From Macrostomum lignano (lineage: Eukaryota), in NCBI GenBank assembly GCA_002269645.1, contig NIVC01002803.1, forward strand, positions 1-64,000: 64,000 bases of DNA, in the 5' to 3' direction. The notes beneath the pieces were generated by a model that worked only from the letters and a program-made list of their open reading frames with translations, ran no database searches and had not been told where the DNA came from. Positions 12,669 through 24,900 of the stretch are shown in pieces (the stretch's first letter is position 1; each line of letters begins with the position of its first letter). The translations under genes and the position numbers were made by a program.

Positions 12669-13123
12669 CTATACATTTGAATTGATATTCTGTGCTCTAG
12701 AGCCAACTGAACTCGAATTTAAGATAGGTATATGAAATGAATTAATCTACTCTGAGTTTTCCGTCTGTTTCTAATTTAGTTAATGAACTGATAAACGTAG
12801 TCCAACAAGCTCTATTTATGGATTTCTTTGTTCATTGAGGCCAGTCTATAAGGATAAGAGAGTGTTGATAAGGCATATCAAATTTTTGTAGTTATTGAAC
12901 TCGCATCTGGACTAACAACTCTTATCGGAACCCTCGATTTCATACACGACGATAAACCTCTGTTTGGCCAAACTTTATCAACTGTATCTCAGTTGACAAT
13001 CATGGGTTATACTTTCAGTTAATTGAAAATTCACAAGATCGGCGATGTTTCTAAGCTTAAATCATCCAAATTTTCAAGCTTATGAGCTAGCGAAATTGAC
13101 TAGCAGGACTTTTAAGACAATGT

Positions 13124-15177
13124 GAAGCTTCGGGATTAGGTAGTTTTGAGATTAGGAAGCTTTGGGATTAGGAAGCTTCGAGATTAGGAAGTTTTGAGAT
13201 TAGGAAGCTTCGAGATTAGGAAGCTTCGAGATTAAGGAAGCTTTGAGATTAGGAAGCTTTGGGATTAGGAAGCTTCGAGATTAGGAAGTTTTGAGATTAG
13301 GAAGTTTTGAGATTAGGAAGCTTCGAGATTAGGAAGTTTTGAGATTAGGAAGCTTTGGGATTAGGAAGCTTCGAGATTAGGAAGTTTTGAGATTAGGAAG
13401 TTTTGAGATTAGGAAGTTTTGAGATTAGGAAGCTTCGAGATTAGGAAGTTTTGAGATTAGGAAGCTTCGAGATTAGGAAGCTTCGAGATTAAGGAAGCTT
13501 TGAGATTAGGAAGTTTTGAGATTAGGAAGTTTTGAGATTAGGAAGCTTCGAGATTAGGAAGTTTTGAGATTAGGAAGCTTCGAGATTAGGAAGCTTCGAG
13601 ATTAAGGAAGCTTTGAGATTAGGAAGCTTTGGGATTAGGAAGCTTGGAGATTAGGAAGCTTCGGGATTAAAAAGCTTTGAGATTAGGAAGCTTCGGGATT
13701 AAAAAGCTTTGAGATTAGGAAGCTTCGGGATTAGGAAGCTTTGGGATTAGGAAGCTTTGGGATTAGGAAGCTTCGGGATTAGGAAGCTTTGGGATTAGGA
13801 AGCTTTGGGATTAGGAAGCTTTGGGATTAAAAAGCTATGAGATTAGGAAGCTTCGGGATTAGGAAGCTTTGGGATTAGGAAGCTTTGGGATTAGGAAGCT
13901 TCGGGATTAGGAAGCTTTGGGATTAGGAAGCTTTGGGATTAGGAAGCTTCGGGATTAGGAAGCTTCGGGATTAGGAAGCTTCGGGATTTCGAAGCTTCGA
14001 GATTAGGAAGCTTCGGGATTAGGAAGCTTTGGGATTAGGAAGCTTTGGGATTAGGAAGCTTTGGGATTAGGAAGCTTCGAGATTAGGAAGCTTCGGGATT
14101 AGGAAGCTTTGGGATTAGGAAGCTTTGGGATTAGGAAGCTTTGGGATTAGGAAGCTTTGGGATTAGGAAGCTTTGGGATTAGGAAGCTTTGGGATTAGGA
14201 AGCTTCGAGATTAGGAAGCTTTGGGATTAGGAAGCTTCGGGATTAGGAAGCTTTGGGGTTAGGAAGCTTTGGGATTAGGAAGCTTCGAGATTAGGAAGCT
14301 TCGGGATTAGGAAGCTTTGGGATTAGGAAGCTTTGGGATAAAGAAGCTTCGGGATTAGAAAGCTTCGGGATTAGCAATCTTCGAGATTAGGAAGCTTTGG
14401 GATTAGGAAGCTTTGGGATTAGGAAGCTTTGGGGTTAGGAAGCTTTGGGATTAGGAAGCTTTGGGATTAGGAAGCTTTGGGATTAGGAAGCTTTGGGATT
14501 AGGAAGCTTCGGGATTAGGAAGCTTTGGGATTAGGAAGCTTCGGGATTAGGAAGCTTTGGGGTTAGGAAGCTTTGGGATTAGGAAGCTTTGGGATTAGGA
14601 AGCTTTGGGATTAGGAAGCTTTGGGGTTAGGAAGCTTCGAGATTAGGAAGCTTCGGGATTAGGAAGCTTTGGGATTAGGAAGCTTCGGGATTAGGAAGCT
14701 TTGGGGTTAGGAAGCTTTGGGATTAGGAAGCTTCGAGATTAGGAAGCTTCGGGACTAGGAAGCTTTGGGATTAGGAAGCTTCGGGATTAGGAAGCTTTGG
14801 GGTTAGGAAGCTTTGGGATTAGGAAGCTTTGGGATTAGGAAGCTTTGGGATTAGGAAGCTTCGAGATTAGGAAGCTTCGGGATTAGGAAGCTTTGGGATT
14901 AGGAAGCTTCGGGATTAGGAAGCTTTGGGGTTAGGAAGCTTTGGGATTAGGAAGCTTCGGGATTAGGAAGCTTTGGGATTAGGAAGCTTTGGGATTAGGA
15001 AGCTTTGGGATAAAGAAGCTTCGGGATTAGAAAGCTTCGGGATTAGCAATCTTCGAGATTAGAAGCTTCGGGATTAGCAATCTTCGAGATTAGAAGCTTC
15101 GGGATTAGCAATCTTCGAGATTAGAAGCTTCGGGATTAGCAATCTTCGAGATTAGAAGCTTCGGGATTAGCAATCTT
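13124..15177. repeat. 16-bp minisatellite, about 125 copies
   Basis: Unit GATTAGGAAGCTT(T/C)G(G/A) containing AAGCTT and TTAGG; the 3' end changes to a 31-bp dimer. Confidence 0.96.
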
Positions 15178-15328
15178 GGAATAGATTGGAAACTTTGTGA
15201 GAAGATTAGAAGATTTGTGACAGAGTTTAGTTCACAGATATAAATAAGTGCACAGCCGAGAACAGAGGCCTCGCCCGAACCCGAACTGCAGCCGGCCCCC
15301 ATAGCCGGAGACTGTGCCAAGTGCAAGC

Positions 15329-18300
15329 ATGCTCTACCGGCCGTCGACTTCGTCGATCGGCGGCGCCAACGCCAACGCATCGTCGGCTGACGAAGCCACC
15401 CCGCTGCTCATCTCCGGCCAGTCTGGCGGCGCCGACGCTATCCGCCGTCAGCGCCTTCTCGCCCGTCGACGCAGTCGGGCAGCCAGCCTGACGATACTGC
15501 TAGTTGAACTGCTGGAACGCCTGGCATTCTACGGCGCCACGGCTAATCTGGTGCTGACCCTCGGCCAGTGGCCGTTCCTCTGGGTCAGCTACGTTGCCGC
15601 CTCCGCCTCGCTGTTTATGTCCGGCCTGGCCTACGGCTTGTCGCTGTTCTTCGGCTGGCTTAGCGACACCTGGCTAGGCGCGTTCAACACCTGCGCTTTG
15701 GGATTTCTTATCTATCTGATTGGATTGTGCGGCCTGCCCGTGTTGCTATTGTTGGAGAGATATGGGCATACCAGTGCATTGTGCGGCCATTTGAATTCTG
15801 GCATTGTTAATGCTAGCATAGTCAGGACTGCTAGCTTTCCCAGGTGAGAGGCTGTGGGCTTGTTGTGCATGTTTGTATTGGCACGGCTTTGTGATAGGTT
15901 TTATGCTTATGGGATTTTTCTCCCCAATTTTACCTGGGGATTTATTCTCATTTTAGATTTTTTATCGGGGGGGGGATTTTTCTCCCCAATTTTACCTGGG
16001 GATTTATTCTCCTTTTAGAGTTTTTATCGGGGGGGATTATTCTCCCCAATTTTACCTGGGGATTTATTCTCATTTTAGATTTTTTATCGGGGGGGATTAT
16101 TCTCCCCAATTTTACCTGGGGATTTATTCTCCTTTTAGAGTTTTTATCGGGGGGGGGGATTTTTCTCCCCAATTTTACCTGGGGATTTATTCTCCTTTTA
16201 GAGTTTTTATCGGGGGGATTATTCTCCCCAATCTTACCTGGGGAATTATTCTCCTTATTTATTTTTATCAGGGGGATTTTTCTCCCCAATTTTACCTGGG
16301 AATTATTTTCCCCGATTTTAACTAGGAAATTACTCTCCCTTATCTTACCTGGGGCAATTATTATTTCCTATTTTACCGAGGGAATTATGTTCCCCGTTTT
16401 TACTTGGGGGATTATTCTCCCCTTTTGCCTGGGAAATTATTCTCACTGATTTTTGCTTGGAGAATTATCTTTTCCGATTTTACCTGAGGAATTATTCTTT
16501 CCTATTTTACCTGGGGAATTATTCTTTCCTATTTTACCTGGGGAATTATTCTTTCCTATTTTACCTGGGGAATTATTCTTTCCTATTTTACCTGGGGAAT
16601 TATTCTTTCCTATTTTACCTGGGGAATTATTCTTTCCTATTTTACCTGGGGAATTATTCTTTCCTATTTTACCTGGGGAATTATTCTTTCCTATTTTACC
16701 TGGGGAATTATTCTTTCCTATTTTACCTGGGGAATTATTCTTTCCTATTTTACCTGGGGAATTATTCTTTCCTATTTTACCTGGGGAATTATTCTTTCCT
16801 ATTTTACCTGGGGAATTATTCTTTCCTATTTTACCTGGGGAATTATTCTTTCCTATTTTACCTGGGGAATTATTCTTTCCTATTTTACCTGGGGAATTAT
16901 TCTTTCCTATTTTACCTGGGGAATTAATTCTCCTACCCTATTTCATGCCTGGATGTTTCTTATTAAAAATTTAGTCCCGGGAAATTGTTTAATCAAATTT
17001 CTGTTCCGCATCAACAACTCGGCAACATTTGCAGCAAGCTCATCCAGGACGAGAATTCCACAGCAGGCGGCAACATGTTCGAGCAGAACTGCTCCCCGAT
17101 CGTGATCGCCAGCCTCTGCTGCCTCGCCATCGGCAGCGGCGCCCTCAAAGCCAATTTATCGCCGCTGGGCGCTCAACAAATCAAAGACCCTGTTGAGCAG
17201 AGCCGCTTCTTCAACTGGTTCTACTGGGCCTGCAATGTTGGCTCGTTTGCCGCTTATTTCTTTTTAACCTACACTCAGCAGAATCTTGGCAAAGATGGCC
17301 GACTAGCCGGTTACCTGGTGCCGCCGGTTGCCATGACGATAGCGTCATTAGCCTTTGTAGCCTGCCGGCCAATGTTTAGACTGCGCAAGCCGGCTGGCAG
17401 CCTGCTGACTAGGGTGGTGCGCCTGCTGGCTGCGGCCGTGTCAGCCAGCTTCCGGTTGCGCAGGCAGCGGAAGCGGAGGCTGCTGGCTGATGGCGAATCC
17501 GACTCGAATAATAGCGGCAGCGGTTCGGGCGATTCTGCGCCAATGCGATTGCATGCGGCCGCGTACGACGACTGGCTGGATTGCGCTCGTCACGGCGGCC
17601 GCTTCACCGAGGGCGAGGTGCACGACGTTCGGGCGCTGCTTAGAGTTGTACTCATCTTTGTCAGCATTATACCCTATTGGCTGCTGTATTTTCAAATGCA
17701 GAGTACCTATCTGGTGCAGGTAACATTTATTATGCGTCTGTTATTGCTGTCCGGTGTTAAAATGTGATGGGATATGTAGTTGCGGTTTTATGTAGTGACT
17801 TTTGATGGTTTGAGAGGGACTGATCATTGACTGAGTGACTTCTGATGGTTTGAGAGTGACTGATCAGTGACTGAGTGACTTCTGATGGTTTGAGACTGAC
17901 TGATCATTGGCTGAGTGACTTCTGATGGTTTGAGAGTGACTGATCGGTGACTGAGTGACTTCTGATGGTTTGAGAGTGACTGATCAGTGACTGAGTGACT
18001 TCTGATGGTTTGAGAGTGACTGATCAGTGACTGAGTGACTTCTGATGGTTTGAGAGTGACTGATCAGTGACTGAGTGACTTCTGATGGTTTGAGAGTGAC
18101 TGATCATTGACTGAGTGACTTCTGATGGTTTGAGAGTGACTGATCAGTGACTGAGTGACTTCTGATGGTTTGAGACTGACTGATCAGTGACTGAGTGACT
18201 TCTGATGGTTTGAGAGTGACTGATCATTGGCTGAGTGACTTCTGATGGTTTGAGAGTGACTGATCAGTGACTGAGTGACTTCTGATGGTTTGAGAGTGAC

Positions 18301-19081
18301 TGATCATTGGCTGAGTGACTTCTGATGGTTTGAGACTGACTGATCAGTGACTGAGTGACTTCTGATGGTTTGAGAGTGACTGATCAGTGACTGAGTGACT
18401 TCTGATGGTTTGAGAGTGACTGATCAGTGACTGAGTGACTTCTGATGGTTTGAGAGTGACTGATCAGTGACTGCATTACCCCACTATGAACCCCGCCGCC
18501 AGGGCCTGCACCTCCGCCTGCAGCTGGACGGCTCAATAGCGAACATTTTCCGCGCCCGCTACCGGACAATTCCGCCGGCTTGGCTATCGCTGTGCGACAT
18601 TGTGGTGATCATAGCGCTGATTCCGCTATTGACTAAGCTGGTATTCCCCTGGCTTGAGCGGCGGGGCAAGCACCCCAGTCTGGCTACGCAGATCCTATTA
18701 GGCATGTCCATCGCCTTGGCCTCCGTGCTCTGCGCTGGCGTGCTCGAGTCCTACCGGCTCAGCGTCCTGTGGGGCAATTCAACCAATCTCTGGCCTGTGG
18801 ACTATGTTCAGCAGCAGATTGGCAATATGAATTATACGGCAGCTAATGTTAGCATAATGTGGCAGGTGCCCCAGTACTGCCTGATGGGTACGGCCGAAGC
18901 TTTTATGTCCGTTGCCTGTCTGCGGCTGGCCTTTCAGGTGAGCTGACTGTGGCCCAGCTGGTGTGGAAATCCACATGGCACAGCTGACAGACAGACAGAC
19001 AGACAGGCGGACAAGCCAGACAGACACACAGACACTAAGACAGATAGACAGACAGACAGACACTAAGACACCAAGACACTA

Positions 19082-19114
<33 letters not shown>

Positions 19115-20098
19115 CTAAGACAGATAGACAGACAGACAGACACTAAAACAGACAGACACTAAGACAGACAGACACTAAGACAGACAGACACTAAGACAGA
19201 CAGACACTAAGACAGACAGACAGACAGACAGACACTAAGACAGATAGACAGACAGACAGACACTAAAACAGACAGACACTAAGACAGACAGACACTAAGA
19301 CAGACAGACACTAAGACAGACAGACACTAAGACAGACAGACAGACAGACAGACACTAAGACAGATAGACAGACAGACAGACACTAAAACAGACAGACACT
19401 AAGACAGACAGACACTAAGACAGGTGGACAAGTCAGACACTACGGGTCTTTCGTAAGAGACACCATGAGGCTCCAATAAACCGAAAGACAGACTGAAAAA
19501 CAGGCAAAGAAACAGGTTGGCAGGTCAAAGACAGACCGAGCAGTAGTCAAATCGAGCCAGAATGGACCAAAAGACAGGGCCATACAGGTGTAGTTGCGGT
19601 AAATAGGCAGGCCGACAACCCAGCAGGTATCTGTTGTCACCGCAGTCCTGCAGTAATTAACAGCCAAATCAAGTCAAGCACTGCAAACACACACAGGGCG
19701 CGCCTCGCAACATGAAAGGCCTAATTACTGGCTTATTCTGGTTCACCTGCGGCTGCGGCAGCTTCGTAGGCGTGGCGCTGGTCTCGGGTCTGGCCGGGGC
19801 TGGCGTCTGGTTCCAGCCGTCCGAGCAGGGCAACCCGAACTGCCGCCTAGCCTGTTCCACTGATCCAACCCGGATTTGCGCCGAGTGCCACATGGATTTC
19901 TACTTCTACCTACTCAGCGGCATACAGCTTGGCGGACTGCTGCTGTTTGCATTGCTCAGGTCGCGCTACCGACTGGCGACGTCTGTTGACGATTTCACGG
20001 CCGGCTCAGCCGCTGTTGGAGATGCTGTCAGCCAGATTAATAATAACGGGCCGAGGCTGCCCGGTTACAGCGCTAATAGGCGCAATGTGGACTTCTAA
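15329..20098 (+). CDS. SLC15A4: SLC15A4/PTR2 (POT) family proton-coupled peptide/histidine transporter, 4 exons, about 678 aa
   Basis: Exons 15329-15843, 17035-17719, 18503-18937, 19697-20098 (phases 2,0,0 consistent; 2037 nt); ELLERLAFYG (ExxER), GSGALKANLSPLGAQQ, FFNWFYW, WQVPQY, APRNMKG. SLC15A3/A4 subfamily assignment is approximate. Confidence 0.88.
15905..16925. repeat. Intronic minisatellites: about 61-bp degenerate array, then a near-perfect 27-bp array (about 16 copies)
   Basis: Unit TTTTACCTGGGGAATTATTCTTTCCTA in SLC15 intron 1. Confidence 0.93.
17795..18473. repeat. 40-bp minisatellite, 17 copies (SLC15 intron 2)
   Basis: Unit GTGACTGAGTGACTTCTGATGGTTTGAGAGTGACTGATCA. Confidence 0.95.
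18985..19422. repeat. Compound (GACA)n/CACTAA microsatellite (SLC15 intron 3)
   Basis: Direct reading of the sequence. Confidence 0.9.
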
Positions 20099-20996
20099 GG
20101 CTTTGATAAGGCTTTGACTCCGTGTCTTTTGGGGGTTGTACATTCAGTAAGGGCCGCTATACACCCACCTGTGTGACTGCTAGCTAGCTGACTAGCTGAA
20201 ATCGATTCCATTAAAATTTTTTTTTCTACAATTTACTTATGTAAATTCTATTTCTCTACATATCGGTAGGCATTCTACCTTATTTTGTTTCTCATTATTC
20301 ATCCACTTTTGATATCTTCTGTTCGATATCTCTTTCATCTCTACTTTGGTAGCTATTGGAAAATAGCCTGTGTAGTTCTGCCACAAGTTCAGCTATGTAC
20401 TAACCGCGGCCAGTTCTGCTTAACTTTTCCGAGCGCATTGGCTAGCGACTCTATTATGTCGGAAAGCTTATGTATATTTTGCTATATTTATTAAATACAT
20501 TTTCATCAGTAACAATAATATTGCACTTGTTTCCAACTGGTATTATCAATTTATTCAGACTTTCAACCGCTTTCTTTCATTCTATCTCAATCAGTTATTT
20601 TTTGTCAGATGCTATTAAACTGTGCAATACATTTTTCTACCGCTTCTTGACTATGTTTAATTGATTCTGTACACAAACCTATCTACAGGCAACAGTTTAT
20701 ATAATCGTGTGAAGTAATGGCATGTGTTATGCAATCAAAATTTGTTACTAGCCAAAATCTGTTTTGCTTTGCTGCGGCACTGTGCTATTGTTGTTTTTCT
20801 GGTGCTACCGTATTCGCTGTCGTGTATGTGTAAAAAGATAATTACATTATATGGATTTGATTTCATTTTCTAATTGTTGAGTGTCTGCGCGTGTTGCTTC
20901 ATTTCGGCTTTTTCTGTAGGGCAGATTAAGTATGGGTAAATTTTGTTATTCAAGTTAAGACTGGAATGGAATTTCTGCATTTGTTATGTCGGCTAA

Positions 20997-21917
20997 TAGC
21001 ACAGCCTCAAACCCCAGCTCAATCAGCACAGCCTCAACCCCAGCTCAATCAGCACAGTCTCAAACTCCAGCTCAATCAGCACAGCCTCAGATCCAGCTCA
21101 ATCAGCACAGTCTCAAACCCCAGCTCAATCAGCAGTCTCAGACTCCAGTTCAATCAGCACAGCCTCAAACCCCAGCTCAATCAGCACAGCCTCAAACCCC
21201 AGCTCAATCAGCACAGCCTCAACCCCAGCTCAATCAGCACAGCCTCAACCCCAGCTCAATCAGCACAGTCTCAAACTCCAGCTCAATCAGCACAGCCTCA
21301 GATCCAGCTCAATCAGCACAGTCTCAAACCCCAGCTCAATCAGCACAGTCTCAAACCCCAGCTCAATCAGCAGTCTCAAACCCCAGCTCAATCAGCACAG
21401 CCTCAGATCCAGCTCAATCAGCACAGCCTCAAACCCCAGCTCAATCAGCACAGTCTCAGATCCAGCTCAATCAGCACAGTCTCAAACTCCAGCTCAATCA
21501 GCACAGCCTCAGATCCAGCTCAATCAGCACAGTCTCAGATCCAGCTCAATCAGCACAGTCTCAGACTCCAGCTCAATTAGCACAGTCTCAGACTCCAGCT
21601 CAATCAGCACAGCCTCAGACTCCAGCTCAATCAGCACAGCCTCAGATCCAGCTCAATCAGCACAGTCTCAGATCCAGCTCAATCAGCACAGTCTCAGACT
21701 CCAGCTCAATCAGCACAGTCTCAGACTCCAGCTCAATCAGCACAGCCTCAGATCCAGCTCAATCAGCACAGTCTCAGATCCAGCTCAATCAGCACAGTCT
21801 CAGACTCCAGCTCAATCAGCACAGTCTCAGACTCCAGCTCAATCAGCAGTCTCAGACCCAGCTCAATCAGCACAGTCTCAGACTCCAGCTCAATCAGCAG
21901 TCTCAGACCCAGCTCAA
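20997..21917. repeat. About 27-bp minisatellite between SLC15 and PTCD3
   Basis: Unit CCAGCTCAATCAGCACAG(C/T)CTCA(A/G)A(C/T)(C/T) with 24-26 bp variants. Confidence 0.94.
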
Positions 21918-21960
21918 CTGAGACAACACTCTGTACACTCCGCAGTACACCAAAGGCCGA

Positions 21961-24900
21961 ATGCTGCTTCAACGCGCCCTGAGGCTGGCAGCCAGCGGCA
22001 GCGGAGGCGGTCGGTGCTGCCGTCAGCGGCGGAGCTTCCAGGCTAGCCGAGTCCCGGATCCCCAGCTGCGCAACCAGCTGCCCAGTCCAGTTGAACGCGA
22101 CGAGTTCACGGTGTTGAAATGCCTAGCCGGCACCGTCAGCGTAGAGGCTGACGCCGTTCCGCACTACGCCATCGACGATAGCCTGTTCCTGCGCTACCGC
22201 CAAGGCGACCTGATGCTGGCCAGACGGTCTGGCCGAAACTTGGCCAGGCGATTCCTGCAATCGGACGCGGCACAGCTGGCCCAGTTGAACATGGAGTGCC
22301 CGCCTGTGCCGGCTTGGCGGCCGCTGAGATCTGTTGACGGGCTGGAGAACAACGAGGAGAATCTGAGATTGCTAATCGATTTGGAACAGGTGGATCTGAG
22401 CTGGCGGATGTACAATAAGCTGATTAGTGACGGTTCCGGAGTTAGCGACGATGTCAAGTGAGGATTCTGCTGCATATATGCCCGCTATTTCATGCTTGAT
22501 GTTATACAGTTTGCGCGTATGGCAGTGCGCGCTTGTAACAGTTTTGCGCGTATTGCAATGCGCGCTTATAACAGTTTTGCGCGTATGGCAGTGCGCCCTT
22601 ATAACAGGCGCCTTTATTCCGTAGCGCCCTTATACAAATGCGCTCATTGATACATTAGTTTCGGGGGCTTCGGTCTCAACTCAACTCGGTGTTCGCCCCC
22701 TACCTCGCTCCGCAGGCAGAGCCTACTGGAGCTGCTCGCCTATCACGCCGGCTCGGATCCGCCGCTCCGCGACATCAGCCCGGAGGAGATCTACTTCGCC
22801 GATCGGCCCCTCGTTGCCCCGGCCATGGCCGAGCTGGCGGCCGCCTGGATGGCTTCGGACAATCCGGCCCGAGCCGTCTATCGCAGTCTCGCCCAGCCAG
22901 TCAGCCTGGCCGCCAAAGCTGCTATGCTGAAGGCCCACTGCCGGCATGGCGCCTATGCCGAATGCTTGGATCTGTACGCTGAGGTGGCCGAAGATCCCCA
23001 GCTGGACGCCGAGAGCCACGTTGCCGCCCTGCTAGCCGTTGGCGCGCACCGCCGCAGCTGGCCGGCCGTTCTGGCCGCATTCCGCCGGTTGCCCGGCCAA
23101 CCGGACGCCAGCGCCTATCGGGCATTGCTGTCCGGCCTGGCCCTGGCCAAGGATGCGCCAGACGGTGGGCGAGCGAAACTGGTGTGCAGCCTGCTGGCCG
23201 AGATGCGCGAGCGCGGCGTGGAGACTCGGCTTAGTCTGGCCACCGGCACTGCCGCACTGCGGGCTGCCTACGCCGATCAGCTCAAGAATTCTCTGCTTGA
23301 TAAGTGAGTTTGTCTGGAAGATACTCATTTGCAGGTGATAGATTAGGGGTGAGATTATCATCTAAGTCTCCCATTTGCAGGTGCTAGATTAGGGGTGAGA
23401 TTCTCATCTAAGTCTCTCATTTGCAGGTTCTAGATTAGGGGTGAGATTCTCATCTAAGTCTCTCATTTGCAGGTTCTAGATTAGGGGTGAGATTCTCATC
23501 TAAGTCTCTCATTTGCAGGTGATAGATTAGGGATGAGATTCTCATCTAAGCCTCTCATTCGAATATGATAGATTCGGGGTGAGATTCTCATCTGTAGAGT
23601 CTCCCAGTTGTTAAGAATAGACCTGTGGCTGACCCAAGCCTCCCATTAGCCTAACCCTACATTGTACCCAACCCGTCACCCCAGGCTCCAAGGCCCAACC
23701 GAGTGGCTGTCGAACCCAGGCCTGCCCCCGGCTGCCCGGCCGGGCCTGCTGCCGTCTCTGCTGGCCGACCTGTGCTCGAATCCGCCCGATCCGCTGGACA
23801 CCGCCAGTCCGGACGACCTGGCCTTCTTCCCCACAGCTGCCTACCTGGCCTGCCGGGTCTACGCCAGCCGGGCCCTGAGCGAGCAGCTCGATTCGTTGCT
23901 GCACTCCGGCGCTTTCGTGTCCACTCTGGGCACCTTCAAAGAGCGTCGCATAGTGTACGAATATCACCTGTTGAATCTGCTCACCGATCGGGGCGCCGAT
24001 TTAGATGCTGCCATTAATTACTATTCGGATCGGATCGAGCCGTCTGGCGTTGCTATGCTCAGCCATCTGATCCGGCTGATGCGCAAGTGCGTAGCTAAGC
24101 AGGCCGTGCACCGGCTGCCCGGCCTCATGGCTCGGTGCTTGCAGTTTGCCGAGCTCACCAATCCCAACATATTGGCGCCCGGCAAAGCTTTCTATCGGTG
24201 CGCTGAAATTGTTGAAGAAATGTTTGCTGATCAGCATCCGGCTGTCCGAGATCCCCAGTTTATGGCCGAACTGCGCAGGTCTCTGGCCGGCTTCTCAGAT
24301 GTGCTCAACAATGAATTCGTGTACGATCGGAGGCGGCGGCGACGGGACGATGCGGTGAGATTTTTATGGGGGATTTTGAGAGGATGGGAGAGTGAGGAGA
24401 GAGGAACGGGAGAGTGACGAGAAAGGAACGGAAGAGTGACGAGAGAGAAACGGGAGAGTGACGAGAGAGGAACGGAAGAGTGACCAGAGAGGAACGGAAG
24501 AGTGACCAGAGAGGAACGGGAGAGTGACGAGAGAGGAACGGGAGAGTGACCAGAGAGGAACAGGAGAGTGACGAGGGAGGAACGGGAGAGTGACAAGAGA
24601 GAAACAGGAGAGTGACCAGAGAGGAACGGAAGGGTGACGAGAGAGGAACGGGAGAGTGACGAGGGAGGAACGGGAGAGTGACCAGAGAGGAACGGGAGAG
24701 TGACGAGAGAGGAACGGTAGAATGACGAGAGGAGCGGGAGAGTGACGAGAGAGGAACGGTAGAATGACGAGAGGAGCGGGAGAGTGACGAGGGAGGAACG
24801 GTAGAATGACGAGAGGAGCGGGAGAGTGACGAGAGAGGAACGGTAGAATGACGAGAGGAGCGGGAGAGTGACGAGAGAGGAACGGTAGAATGACGAGAGG

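Noticed and set aside
13124-15177. Interstitial telomere
   Set aside because: TTAGG is only part of a 16-bp unit; there is no (TTAGGG)n or (TTAGG)n run.
16453-16974. ELFFPILPG / NYSFLFYLG repeat ORFs
   Set aside because: 27-bp intronic array in SLC15A4.
20966-21921. AQSAQPQTP-type ORFs
   Set aside because: Products of the 27-bp intergenic minisatellite; no domain and no splice support.
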